A stretch of DNA of 64,000 nt from Tubiluchus corallicola (Eukaryota > Animalia > Priapulida), in contig JAQGDQ010002382.1 in the NCBI GenBank assembly GCA_030141605.1, positions 186,001-250,000 on the forward strand, given 5' to 3'. Under the pieces are notes generated by a model that saw only the letters and a program-made list of their open reading frames with translations, made no database searches and was not told the origin of the DNA. Shown piece after piece: positions 13,470 through 27,048 of this stretch; within the stretch, counting starts at the first letter, position 1, and the number at the start of each line of letters is the position of its first letter. The position numbers and the translations under genes are program-made.

Positions 13470-14041
13470 TGTTGATGTTGTTGTTGTTGGCATTTTTCTG
13501 TCTCGGAAGACAATGGAGTGTGCGCTAAGAGAGTCAGTTATTGATCACATTGATGGAGCTGCAGCGTCGACTGTGGCTGAGCAGTCCGATCCTTGAACCA
13601 CTGGAGTGGCTTCTCCAGGGCGCACGCCTGGGTAAGGTGTATGGAGATCCTGAGTTGCCCAGACAACAGGAACCCCTCTCTTCCTCCCTGGTGTAGTGCA
13701 GAGAAAGCAGAGCGATACGTTTAGTACTAGGTTGACTGCAGGAGGTGCCGGAGTCAGTGAGCATGCTGCATTGGTCCGCCTTCGGGGCTCCACTCCTGAT
13801 TTGGAAGGTTTACTCCTCTACACATGGCCGTTGGGTCTCTTGACCTCCTCCGCCCTCTAACCGTTGGCTGCTTGTGCAGCTCCTCCGCCTAGTGTCGAGA
13901 TACAGTGTGCGCATCCCGCAAGCCTACAGCACCTGATATTCCTAGGCGGTCACCTATCCAAGTACTAACCAGGCTCTACGTTGTTTAACTTCGGTGATCA
14001 GACGAGAACCGGTGTTTTCAACGTGATTTCGCCGTAGTCAC
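13470..14041 (-). mobile_element. 5S rRNA-derived SINE (SINE3) with RTE-LINE-derived body and (CAA)n tail, full-length copy
   Basis: ~120-nt 5S-like head (14039-13920) runs without a T-run terminator into a GC-rich body; the 3' part encodes RIGLLSHSRRCSS (RTE ORF C-terminus-like) then CCATTGTCTTCCGAGACAG...ATGCC(AAC)n; second copy at 57729. Confidence 0.88.
13920..14039 (-). pseudogene. 5S rRNA-like head of the SINE (not an rDNA unit)
   Basis: GACTACGGCGAAATCACGTTGAAAACACCGGTTCTCGTCTGATCACCGAAGTTAAACAACG...GGTTAGTACTTGGATAGGTGACCGCCTAGGAATATCAGGTGCTGTAGGCTT, colinear with animal 5S rRNA. Confidence 0.9.
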
Positions 14042-15910
14042 AGAGACATATAGAGATCTCTCTATTTCCGTAGCAAAACGTTTGTTTCTGCGGCAAAACT
14101 GTGTGCTAGCCATCTATCGTAAATGTCGAATGAAAATAAAATATTTTTTATGATTTGTTTCTGTTTTTAAAATTTTCTTCATTTTTCAAACTTTTATAGT
14201 CATTTAAAGACTTTACAAGCAAGATTCGATACATTCGAAACGCAGCGTTCAATTTTGTAAAGGTTAATTGGGCCCTGTAAAGCTATTTGACTTGCAGTGT
14301 GTCCACCTCCAGGGAAATTCCTCAGATTGAGATGACATTGACTGAACTAGTCCTATTCGAAATACAGCTACAGGCTGGCCTGTGATTAGATATGGACACA
14401 GGCTATTGTTTCATAGAAATGGCTTCTATTTCGCTCTAAGACGAGTCAATAATTTGAAATGAAAAGGCGAGTTTTGCGCCCTAAAGCACAAGTGGGCTTT
14501 CAAATTTTATCTCTGCATCCACTCACCGCCCCCTTGTAATTTCAGTAACTCCCTCTTGAGTGAGGCGGGATGTCATTTGGATGAGTAATCCTTGACATTC
14601 TTACATGAAGTTGCCTCAATTAAATCACCCGTATGTGGAAACTGTACACAAATCCAAGACATATACATACTGCCTACTAAAATTAAACGGCTACCTGTAT
14701 GTAATTAAGTGATCGTCTGCAATTAATTTGTCCACGTTTAATTGCTGACAATCAAGTAATACTCTTACGCTCACGTGTAAAGGGTTCACCAAATAATAGG
14801 CGACCTCGTACCGGAAAAGACCGTAATAGATTAAAGCCGACAAAACCATGAAAAGAATCACTTAATTCTGAATAAAGAACGTGCACTTGTTTTAATAACC
14901 TATATTGTCGCCATTCGTAGCTCTGGTGGCGACTAATCGACGTCGGGTACACAGTCACCGGAATTTCTCAATGAGACTGCTGTTATGACTCATTTCCTCA
15001 GCAACTTTGTTGAATTTGTTATTTCTGAGGATAAAAAGTAGGATAAAATTTAGAAAATAGATTACAATATTAGAAAAAACACCGAAACATTTATATTATA
15101 TCTACTTCTAGTTCTAGTAACTTCTGTGCCTAGTGCGTTCAACGTTTCTTGCCCATACCAGTACTTTCAACAATTTAATTCAATTCTTCTTTGTTTCTGT
15201 AAAAGAAATTGCACACAGAGACCCATAGAGAAATTACTGTGGTAAGACTACAGAAACCCACAAGTTGTTCATATATTTAAGACGTCAGCAAAAATTCAGC
15301 CACTGTATGCAGTGATATCTCTCTCACTTAATTTTAACGATGGTGAATACAGGTAATTTCATTACAATTTCTATACAAACTAAAAACTGTGAAAGTAAAG
15401 AAAACCGGGAAACTGTCATTTGCTCGCAGGACACGTGTCTAATGCGAGTAACGAAATGTGAAGCATTGTTAGTGATGCTTAGTTAGGCTCATTCAGCTTG
15501 ACAACAGGAGTTGCGTTGTTTCGTGAGCAAATAAATCCAATTTAGAGGCACTAGAAAGGTCGTTGAAGTCAATCGTCCATCGTGTTTCATGACCATTGTC
15601 AGGCTGCCTACTTTAATGCCGTTTTCATTTCATGTCAATCTTTAATGTCGTAGAAATTTTTACGGCATCTCAAAAAAAAACTTGAGAACATTTTACTAAC
15701 ATCTTAAGAAACTGAAGAGTTTCTATTAACTCATCGTAAATGATTTTCGTAACTCATCATAAATAAATAAAATTGCAAGGATGTTTACTGGAGAAAGTGA
15801 TTCGTTTTTGCACCTTCACGGGTCGTACAAATGTGCAAAAATTAAGTAGCTATTTAACCATAAATATTTGTGATCAATTTAATTAAGAAAAAAAAACAAG
15901 CGAAAACTAG

Positions 15911-16522
15911 TTAAAGGAAAACAGGATGATTTTTCACATGCCGCCCTATATTTATAAGTATACAGCAAAAAGTATACCGCATACATTTTAGCATCTATAA
16001 TAATGCTAAAGTGTTTGTGATAATAAAATAATAGTTTAAAAACTTAACTGACGGCTGGAGATACCAGCAAGCGATGACGTCAGAACTGAACACAGTTTTG
16101 TAACAGCCAAACATTCAACGAGCTTGATGCAAGTGTTTGCAAAAAACAGAAATGGAAGTATAATGCTACTGTACAACATTGACTGTGGTACACAAAAAAC
16201 TTGTCGAATTTATGTTTAAAACTTTAAAACTTAAAACCGCCGTGTTGTCATGCTATTTCACCAAAAAAAGGTAATACGTCAGAACTGAACAGAGACGTAC
16301 AGTGCTTGTTTTTTATGCAATGTGTTTTCGAGATGCAGATACTATGTCTATTTAACTACTGTAGCTAATGGCGCATGAACACCGAGCGCACGCAAAATTA
16401 AACTTTGGTGGTAATAATTCTTTTACGTAAGTCACATAAAAAAACAATTATGTGCACTTTTAATATTTTACACATTAGATTACTTTTAGCTATAGCTTAA
16501 GATTGGGTCCTGTCCCCTTTAA
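15911..16522 (+). mobile_element. Kolobok-like MITE family A, complete copy
   Basis: TTAA|AGGAAAACAGGA ... TCCTGTCCCCT|TTAA; shared internal motifs. Confidence 0.8.
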
Positions 16523-16989
16523 GGAAAGAGTTGACAATTCTTTTTTTGTCTCGCTTTAGTGCACTTAGAAACGAAACTACTCATTCATGCATTAATTTTA
16601 ATTTTAACCAAATCTAGGCAGAATATTTTTAAGAATAACATACCGCATTGATAAGATATTATTTGTTCTTGTTGCCATCTTTGTCGTGGTCGCGGTTGCG
16701 ACTGCTGCTGCTATTGTTGTTATGTGTTGTTATTTCAAGTAAGCATTCTAGAGAATTCTCTGCCTTGGGACCAGTATGTGATCTCGCACATTATGTTAAT
16801 TATGTAGAAATATCTGTAATCACGAACACGAAGCTAATTAATTACCATGCTGTATGTACCCAATAGAGCTATATTTATTCTGCATCCTATGTCCATGTAT
16901 TTTTCAAACAAATTACTGCTTCATGAAATCTTATCATGGATAGTCCTTAAAATCCCTGCGTAAGTTTCTAAAAATCGATCAGAAGATAA

Positions 16990-17118
16990 GACAGGACAGG
17001 ACAGGACAGGACAGGATTGGACAGGACATGGCGGGACAGGACAGGACAGGACAGGACAGGACAGGACAGGACAGGACAGGACAGGGCAGGGCAGGGCAGG
17101 GCAGGGCAGGGCAGGGCA
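16990..17118. repeat. (GGACA)n(GGGCA)n pentanucleotide repeat
   Basis: Direct reading. Confidence 0.92.
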
Positions 17119-17315
17119 ATACAAGATAAGATAAGATCTTTATTTAAATTCGAGCTTATCTTCTGATCGAAGAGAACTAAATACATCAAAAACAATGGTG
17201 ATTATGGTCAGACTGCTCACTCGTGAGAGTACTGTTATTTGGTGTTTCCGTGTGGTTGCACAACAATTTTCTTACTAAAATTTTGAAACGTATGTATAGT
17301 AGCGTCAGCTTATAG

Positions 17316-17758
17316 TAGGGGGTGAGCATTCTCTATCAGAAAGCAAAGAAGGAGTTTACAATTCCCCACGAAATTTTAAGTACTGTAACCCTAGACCTAA
17401 CATTGTGTGTGGGGAATTGTAAACTTTAGCCCAAGTGCGAATTCGAATCGAATCAAATTTTTGACTTTCGAAATCGCTCAAACCGAGTTTCAAAATTTCA
17501 AATCCAAATCGAACTCGAAAAAATAGTCTCGCAAAGATCACGCATATTGCTTAATTTTGTACCAAAGCAAAAAAATACTAACAATTTGGGTAAAAATCGT
17601 GCACTGAAATAGCAGCTAAATAATGGAGTTTGCATAACGTTTGAAACGGTTTAATCTTAAGGAACTTTTGTAGTAAAGTGCTGAATTACTCAAATCCAAA
17701 ATTTTAAGTTCGAATAGAATTTGAATTAAAAAACTCGTTCGAACTGAATTCACCCCAA
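17316..17758. mobile_element. hAT/Ac-type MITE
   Basis: TAGGGGGTGA ... TTCACCCCAA termini, TSD GCTTATAG / GCTTACAG, many TTCGAA/ATCGAA subterminal repeats. Confidence 0.65.
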
Positions 17759-18353
17759 GCTTACAGCGGAAAGCACAGAGTGCTGATTACTGTACGACTG
17801 GAATTCAGGTTCACATTTACATTTCGTTGTAATAACTATCACATCTGCAACATTTATATTCACTGGCGAACTCTACACGATCACCTCTATTCATCATGTT
17901 GGTAAACTCTTTACCAATAAGTGGTTTCAGTCAATCGCTCATTAAAACAATTCACATTCAGAATACACACCGTCTCCATTGATTGAGCCACACGAATGCT
18001 TTTTCTAGTCACAAATTTGTAACCAAATTTGCCTTGCGAAGAACTGTGGAATGAAAGATGATTCGTTTTGGAAATTTTGTCCATAAATGAAATACACGGA
18101 AACGGAAGTATGACCGTGTATTTTCACCGTCATTGTTATTCTACGGCGATGGCACACTAGGTGACAGCGTCCGACACCGGACATCAAGTTTTGGATTAAA
18201 CGGAAGTGCCAATCGTCCCCCATTATAGATGACTTGATGGATAAGGCAACCCAGTAAATGACTGACTGACAAACTGACTGACTTCTTTAGCTAGGAACTA
18301 CATGTGTTGCTGAGGGCTGTTCATTCTTTATTTGGTCGACTGCGTAGTTAACA

Positions 18354-18518
18354 ACTGAATGACGGACTGGTTGACTGGCTGAGTGAGTGAGTGAGTGACT
18401 GACTGACTGACTGACTGACTGACTAACTGATTAACTGGCTAGCTAGCTGCTGACTGATTGACTAGCTGACTGACTGACTGACCGACTAACCGACCGACCG
18501 ACCGACCGACAGACTGAC
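18354..18518. repeat. (GACT/GAGT/GACC)n compound repeat
   Basis: Direct reading. Confidence 0.85.
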
Positions 18519-19120
18519 GCGTGAAAAGAAACAAGAATTTATTCTAGCTTATAGAATGTTTATCATCAAGAATGTTCGATTTCTTCATTGACAGATATCT
18601 TCTTATTTTGCTTAGGAATTTTCTGACTCTGCCAGTCTTTTTATTATCTAAAACGAATTACATTACTTTTTGCGCGATCCAATTTGCACTGAACTACTTT
18701 GCTAAAATATTTACGATATAGAAATATTTTAATCGCAATATAAACTGGAGAGGGAGAATATTTAAACGGTAGAGGACAATATCTTGACTGAGACAAACGT
18801 AAACGGCACGCGTCAAAACTTGTTACAAATTTGCAAGCATTAGATGACAAAATTGACAAACTGAAATTTATCTGTTATATAACCAGTAGCTACAAGGGTG
18901 TCCTTGAAAATGGAAAAACAACAAGTTATACATGGAAGAATTCAATGCTTCAATGTAATTGGTTTGTGCCAGACGGTTTAGTTAGTAGTAAGGCGTAATG
19001 GTGTAATGGGGTAATAATAATCTCTGTTATGTAGTTGTAGATTGTTATTTACAGTCGGCCCAAAAGCTCTTTGGAGCTTATGTTAATTGTTGATCCAAAA
19101 AGGCGACTTTTTAAATAAAG

Positions 19121-19250
<130 letters not shown>

Positions 19251-19444
19251 TATATTACTATAATTTCATGCGTTGCAGGTAGAAATTACATTAAAAACAT
19301 TTTGAACGATCGCTTTTTATTTGTTTCTTCAAAATCTCGACTTTCATACTAAGTCTTCACAGGTGACAAACAAATTAGCTCAATGCAAGAGACGTTGTTT
19401 TTCTTATATTAGTTTCTAGCAAATGTCTTAGCACAGAAAGTTCT

Positions 19445-19840
19445 TCGCTGGTACATGCATTTCGCCATTTGCTAGTTAGATGGACGGAAGCCAATAGCGT
19501 CTGCATCTGTGAACACGTTGCAGAAAAAATACAGGCGCCGTATCTCCCGTTTTTAAATTTATAATTTCCCGAGTTTTTTGTGTATTACACCGAATGTTGC
19601 ACTGTACTTCAAGTTTCGCTTTTGCAAACATGTGCAACACGCTCATGGAATGTTTGTGCTGTTGAAAATTATGTTCAATCATGAAATCATCACTAGCTGG
19701 GCTTGCCAGTCGTTAATTAACTTTTTAACCTATTATTTAATTGCCAGAAATACTTTTGCGTAATTATAGGTGCTAAAGCATATATTTACTGCACTTCAAA
19801 AAGTGAGGTAGACTGCGAAAAATAATCCTGTTTTCCTTGA
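19445..19840 (-). mobile_element. Kolobok-like MITE family A, reverse-oriented truncated copy
   Basis: Reverse complement starts TCAAGGAAAACAGGATTATTTTTC and shares internal motifs. Confidence 0.72.
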
Positions 19841-20336
19841 CAGAGCGCATTTATTAATTGATTGCAACTTGCAAGCTTTACTTAGCCCTGTCCTGAAAGC
19901 TTCAAATAAACATTTCTTCTCTCATTCAAGCTGATTTCTGTCAATAGCACTACGAATTACATCCTACTGGATTCAATTTAGCAAAGTTTAATGCCATCTG
20001 TTTCTACTTCGCACTGTAATTATGCTGTAAACAGGATTTACTATTGGATTTTACAGTGGACTGTAATGCCTCCTCTAACCATTCCAAACCGAGCATGTTG
20101 ATTCACGTGCACATGTACCCCTCCTTCACAAATCCTACTATACATAAAAATTCGTTGGATTTGTGTTTTCGTTTGGTAAGATTAGAAAAGTTAAAGGGAA
20201 AAATTTGAAACCGTTTTTAGCAAAATTTCTTCATTGTACTGATAAAAATATTCTAGTGGCTTCTTACTAAAACATAAGACCTGGAGCAAGAGATTTATTA
20301 CAAACAGGAAAAAAATAGCCACTCAAATGCCATTTA

Positions 20337-20437
20337 TAGGTAGGTAGGTAGGCAGGCAGGCAGGCAGGTAGGTAGGTAGCTAGGTGGGAGATAGGCAGGC
20401 AGGCAGGCAGGTAGGTAGGCAGGTAGGTAGGTAGGCA
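20337..20437. repeat. (AGGT/AGGC)n repeat
   Basis: Direct reading. Confidence 0.9.
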
Positions 20438-20489
20438 TATTCTGCGTAAAAAGACTTTTTTACATGAAGTTTTTGCTTCACCTTTTGTT

Positions 20490-20640
20490 GATCATTTATT
20501 GCTGCTTCACCGACCACTTTATTTCTGCTTCCTCGGGCATTTTACTACTCCCTCATGGGCCACTTTTTTACTGCTTCATGGACCATTTTATTGCTGCCTC
20601 ATGGACCACTTTATTGCTGCATCAAGGACCACTTTGTTTC
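20490..20640. repeat. ~23-bp degenerate minisatellite
   Basis: GACCACTTTATTGCTGCCTCATG-like unit about 6 times. Confidence 0.8.
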
Positions 20641-23600
20641 TGCGTCATAGTGTCTTTGCCTAACCACGTGTCGGCTGAAATTCGTTTGTTCTTGTCCTGA
20701 CTGACCGCTCAATGTTTACTTTACTCCCACAGTAACTTTTAGTACCCAAATCAAATGTCAAATTCACGAACTGGAACAATTATCTCGATGGGCTTCTTAA
20801 AAAAACAATTTCTATAACAGCTAGGACAGGGATCAATTGAGAAGTTAATGTGTGCTTAGCGACCGAAATTAAATAACGCCGAGCCAGGGCAGGAAATGGA
20901 GGAGCGACCGCCAAAACTTTTTCTTTTACGTTTTATCTGCCATGCTACTCGTTGAGTGACAATATATATCTAGCCGAAGTTCCGAATTTGTGTAAGACAC
21001 TACCATCTGAAAGTCCAGCGAGGATTGTCCGCACTAAAGAGATGTCCCCAACAATCGACATAATAGGTGAGTTCTGCAGTTGATCGCTGGATTCATTCAT
21101 GCTGGATATCACCTAGCAGTAACTGAACTTCATAAAAAGAGGGTTAATTAATACTAACGGAAGTAAACTGAAAAATCATACAAAAGCGGCCATATCAATT
21201 ACCCCATTACTGAAACACATTTCAGCAAAGCGCTACTTTATTGGCATTGTGATCGGTTTCAGTGAAAGTGTTTCGGCATCAAACACAGTGCAATGCGTTG
21301 ACCTTGTTTACTCGGACAAATGTAATCAGTAAATGGAGTGTAAATTATTCTGCAGTATGTGGCGTTATATAGTCAACCGCCATAAAGTTAATGCACTGCA
21401 TATAAAGAAGCCAAGCAAACTGTATTGGAATGATACTGATACATAGTAAAAGCATGTTGTTCTAATCGTATGCAAACAGGGCATTACGATTTTCGTGACA
21501 CCGTTTACTTCGAAACGAAACGCGACTACGAAACGATTTCCGAACGTCTTTTCGTTCCCATCTCTTCAGTGAATCTAAGGAAACATTCTAAGAGATAAAA
21601 CGATATAAAATTAATGGCTGCTTATGCAGAATACATTGCCTTACCCATTTTTTCTAGATAATGAATGACAACTGGTGCTTGACACTTCAGCAATTCAACA
21701 ATTCATTAATTTTATGTCGGTTGTTCCTTTCAATTTATTCCTGGATTCACTGAAAAAAGGGAACGAAAACGGGATCTTCTGAAATGCAATAAGCTGTACA
21801 AAGAAAGTTATGATGCTCTGGTTGTATTGGATGAAAATATTGTTCAAATCGGGCAAACAAAGAAACAATTTATGTGTTACCTACAGTTTGTTGTAGATAA
21901 CTCTTGTACTATTGTATTTTACATAGCACGAGGCCTCGTGACATGCGTAGCAGATATCTAACTACTTTGTCCATCCCCGTAGATCAGTGTTTTTTGCCCC
22001 ATACATCTTTTTCACCATATGTTCTGTTATCATTCCTACTAGGTCTTTCCAAAATGGTCTAATTTCTTAGCGTATTACCCCCTGGAAACATTTTAATAAT
22101 ATGTCAGGATGTTGCACCTTTTACACCTTTTTAAGCTTACCTGATTCTGCACGTTGCAGATTTACTTGATTGGTTTTTATAACAGATTTTTACAAATACA
22201 GCAGTAATAGAAAAACTGAAATGAAGTCGTGTAAATTAACGCTTGAAATTCAACAGTACGCTGTCCTGTAGCACAATTTGTAAAATTCTAGTTTGCTGAT
22301 CAATATTCAAAACTCCCACCTGTTGAGAACCACTCCTGCAGATACAGAGTTGTGGATCATGCACATGCGCATGCGCCTGCAATAAGTCAATGGTACCCTC
22401 CTGAATTGTTCAAATAAACCAGAAGTCGGTGGATATAGAGGCCAAAGAGAAGGGCATAACAGCCTCGTTGGCTATTCCGAATTATAAGTCTTCACGCGTG
22501 GTGCTTTCAACTTGCAAACTTCTCCGTTTGGTCCGTTAAATACCCCCCCCCTTTATATCTTAATACATTTCTTGTAATAGCGAGGTTATTAGCCCGTAGT
22601 AGGCCCAGTTGGGAACTGCAAGACTAATCAACTCTTTGGATAAGAAATTGCCAGTATTTACCCTTCAATAGTAACTCCTACCATCTACCATTAATCAATT
22701 TCTCATTGATTAAAATGTTTCCCACATAAGAAAGTAAGCGCCATGAGACTAATCAAAATGACCTGAACTGAAAGTACACTTTCACGTTCACCCGGCACTA
22801 GACTATCTAGATACCAGACCACCATTGACCACTGAACAGCCTCCAGGTTCATCAACGTCTACTAAAAGTTGGATATTAATGATGAAGCCAAATAGCCTTG
22901 CATTTCGATGTAAAAAAGTCAAATGTAAATTTTGCTGCACGTTGTGATATTTCAGGAAAGTTCGCTTAAGCTTTAATTAAGGTAATGTTTAAGTAAATCT
23001 GAGCATTTCTTCAAACTGCAATTAAGATTGCGCCAACATGACATTCAGTTAACCGCCTTAACTGGTAAAATCCTAACTAAAGCAAGAGATTACTATAATT
23101 AAGATTTCCAATTGGAAAATGGTTTATAAAAGGAAATAAGACTTAATTTACCGTCAGACAAATTCTATGCAGGAAAATCTTCAGTGACTTACTAGACTAG
23201 AAGAAAATGTGCTTCTGTAAAGTTCTATGGGAGACATTTATGACATCTATTTCAGGGTTGTTAGATCTAAAAATCCATTTCTATTAGCTTCCTTTAAAAA
23301 TGCCAGTCTTTTTGGGTCTAGTGGAACTTTTTCAGATTCCGCAAAATCGAATTGATAAAAATAATGTTTTTATAATAATTATTAAGGCAAATCAGTTAAT
23401 GTTTGTGTGGCGGTTATTGCGTGAAGTGAAAGTAACAGAAATGGATCCTCCCAGTCATAGTCCTAACTACTCTGGAATGGATGTTATAATCGTTTCTCGA
23501 TGTTAATTTTCTGTGAATTTCATTTAGCTTATATGTTTGTGCAAAAAACTTAATGGCCATTTTGTTTTTTCTTTGCAACCGAAAGGCCTGTGGTTCGAAT

Positions 23601-23925
23601 CCAGACTGCATCCGACTTTTTCACATTTGCTGTCGGATAGATTGGTTTGAAAAATTCAATAATTATTTGTTTATTCATCAATAATCTGTTAGCATTAAGC
23701 GACCTCGGAATTCTGCTCCTATCGAACCTAAGTAGATATGGACGTAAAGATAAACGTGTGGGCGGAACATAATTTCGACAGGCAGACAGACAAGCGGGCA
23801 GGCAAACAGATAAATAAATAGATAGCCTAACAGACGAAGTAGTTAAAACGAATTAGTTACATGTAATTAAGTAATTAGTAACGAGGTCTATATGATCATT
23901 GCAACCTGCATCTTTATGATTTATA

Positions 23926-24334
23926 TTTAGTAATCGAATGTGGAAACTTTTCCAAGTCTATAATTCTGAATGCTGCAAGAAGAAATTATTGAAGTCTCGT
24001 AATCTAATCTATCTCTACACTTTAACAAGTTTAAAAATTACGACGAAAGAGTTAAGATCGGTTTAGTAATCGAATGTGGAAATTTTTCCAAGTCTATAAT
24101 TCTGAATGCTGTAAGAAGAAATTATTGAAGTCTCGTAACCTAATCTATCTCTACACTTTAACAAGTTTAAAAATTACGACGAAAGAGTTAAGATCGGTTT
24201 AGTAATCGAATGTGGAAACTTTTCCAAGTCTATAATTCTGAATGCTGTAAGAAGAAATTATTGAAGTCTCGTAACCTAATCTATCTCTACACTTTAACAA
24301 GTTTAAAAATTACTACGAAAGAGTTAAGATCGGT
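23926..24334. repeat. 136-bp tandem repeat x3
   Basis: TTTAGTAATCGAATGTGGAAA restarts at 23926, 24062, 24198; near-identical units. Confidence 0.95.
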
Positions 24335-26069
24335 ACCAATGCGCAAGCTAATAATTCGTAAGCAAACTGTTAATGCGTCGACTTCATGAATTCTTAACTT
24401 ATTTCATGTTTTCCCTATAATCATCGTCATTTACGTCCAGCTTATATACAAATTTAATGTACATTTATTCTCTTGGGAAATTTGGGTTACTTGCACCTAT
24501 AATACCCGATAACATTTGGGTTCTTCACAGCTATCATTACAGAGTCTTCGTAAATACTGTATGAAAAATTAACGAAGATTACGCTGTCTCTATTTCGTGT
24601 AATTATTTCGTTAAACACCTCTAAGGCTATAACGCCGCATAAGAATATTAAGTGACATCTTCAGTCATTTCTAAATTACCAAAACTTTAGCAGTAAATTA
24701 GAATAGAGTCGGAATTTGTTTAAAATTAACATAAATTGCATTTACTTGAATTTAATTACGTTATATTTCATTCCGTTCGTTACGTTACGTTCCGTGTTGT
24801 CATATCACGTACACACGCTACATTATGTAGCATTACCGGTACAGCAAAGCATTTTTTTAGAATTTTGACGGCAAACTTGCCTACTGCTGACTGTGCACGT
24901 TTGTGTGTAACTGCACAGATCTAAATCTCATCAGAGCTTTGAGCTAACTGCATGTGCAAGAACAACATGATGCAGCAACATAACATTAAATTCTGTTCTA
25001 TTCGTCACTTTCGTTGTGTACAATATGATACAATCTCTATTAATAATAACTGTGCGATAATTACTTTTTCGCGTGATAAATGAATTTTTTGTTGGACGTG
25101 CTGAATCTCTCGTCTAAGAATTCCTCTTTATTTTGTTTCGTTGTTTCCATGGTGTGTCCACACTATTCAGGGTACAGGGCGTAATCTCTTCTGCGAGATA
25201 TGATCGTCTCCAAAGCGCATCCGTCTTCTAAGCGTTCTGATGGATAACATTTTTTACTTTCTTTTACTCTTTCTCGTGTAGTTTTGTTTCCATTCCTCTT
25301 CTTTTTGTTGAGTCCATAGCCACAATGTACATTTGTTCAAATAACCCATTAGCACTTTTGCATCATTTGACTAAATAATTTCTTGTAGTGGCATAGTTCA
25401 CTTTGTCGTAACATATTCAAGCATATTCTCAGTAGTATCATCTTCATTTTTATACACTGGACTCTCGTCTTCTTTGAACTGACTGTTCTAATACTTCTTG
25501 AGTAGCAACATATTTAATTTAATTTTTATCAACACCCCTTCTAGTGCTATTCCTAGACAGCTTATGATAGCTGATTACGTAATTAACAGCAGAGCTGTGG
25601 CAATACGATATTAATAACAGTAACTCCATACAATTTTTTATTTTGCCAAGTTTATAAGGTACAAATTTTAAATACCTTGACTTTGTTTTAACCCCTCCTG
25701 TCCTAACCAGATCTTTCACCTATAGTGTCGTATTAGTCATCGCCTCTATATTGTGTAATAGGCTTGTAAATAGCGCCAATAAAAGCAATATTCCGAAGAA
25801 CATCAGTCCCTAATTATTGTATTGCGTTACTAATATTACATACGTTATTGTCAACTGCTGTGCAGTTAATTATGCAGTAAACCATAGTGGCATGGTTATA
25901 TACAGTCTATAGATACAATATAAGTGCACAGTATATGTTTTTACAACGACCTCTATGGCGATAACCACAAAAGCGGTAACAGTATCAACAAGAATACTGA
26001 AGGTGACAAATATAGCGACAACGGAAACTACAAGGACAAGAGCAACAAAACCAATAACATAAACCGTTG

Positions 26070-26253
26070 CACAACAACAACAACAACAACGACGACAACA
26101 ACAACAACAACAGCAAAAGCAATAGCGGCAACAGCAACGGCAACAACAGCAGCAGCAGTAGCAACAACGATGACGACGACAACAACAACAACATGGTTGC
26201 ACTAGGAGCACCAAAGACAATGATTGTGATGACAGCAATAGCAACAACAGCTA

Positions 26254-26285
<32 letters not shown>

Positions 26286-26306
26286 ACAACAAAACGGCTG
26301 CAGCAG
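26070..26306. repeat. (CAA/CAG)n compound microsatellite
   Basis: Direct reading. Confidence 0.9.
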
Positions 26307-27048
26307 GAGTAGAAGAAAAAAGAAAAAGAAAAATTAATACCGCCATGGATTGTTGACGCTTTAAAAATAGGCAGCTTTACCATCACCAACATGAAGACAG
26401 CGAGGATGTTTATAATAGATCCTGGTGTTTATTTGACTCCACCTAATTTGTCTGAAGTTAATGGCTCTAATGCAATTGACACCAAGCGTAAATGAGGGGA
26501 GTGCACTGAAAGTGTGTGTGCTCGTTTAGAAATGGCTTGCATTGTGGTTTGAATGAAAAACAAAAGCAAGAAATGAAGCAAATAAAACGCTTTTTGCAAA
26601 CAAGGAAAATGCGTTACAAGGTTTTCTGAGAAACATGTATTGTGTTTTAAAACATAGTACATAGATAAATAGTTAAACCACAGCCCAAGTTTGGAACACT
26701 TGCTTAAACATGCATAATGCGCGTTTGGCAAACTTTGTGAACAAATGCAGCTTGTAACTCTAGTGACGCATCTGCTAAAATTATTACTGAACTAGAAAAA
26801 GAGCGAGACCACTTTTAATGATTGCCTAATGCAGTCATCTCATTAGGTGCCAAAGGTTTCGTTTAGTACTGACCGTCTCTCGGCTTGTGTGATAGCTTGT
26901 GTTATACTACAACGAACTCTTCTTCAAATAAACAAAACCTAACTAAGCCCTGGAGTCACCCAATGGTGTCCAGTTTTAGTGGAAGTATTGGATAACGGCG
27001 CCAAAGCCATTTGCTGGAATCTTTGAACTTGTAGTAAACTTAGCCGTA

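Noticed and set aside
13920-14039. Functional 5S rRNA gene
   Set aside because: No oligo-T terminator, several substitutions, fused to a retroposon body and present as dispersed copies.
21520-21572. Minus-strand CTGAAGA...GAAA hammerhead candidate
   Set aside because: Stem II is offset from the core and stem I cannot form.
23570-23720. tRNA gene (GGTTCGAATCC box B)
   Set aside because: No box A or cloverleaf; probably a truncated SINE head, too short to call.
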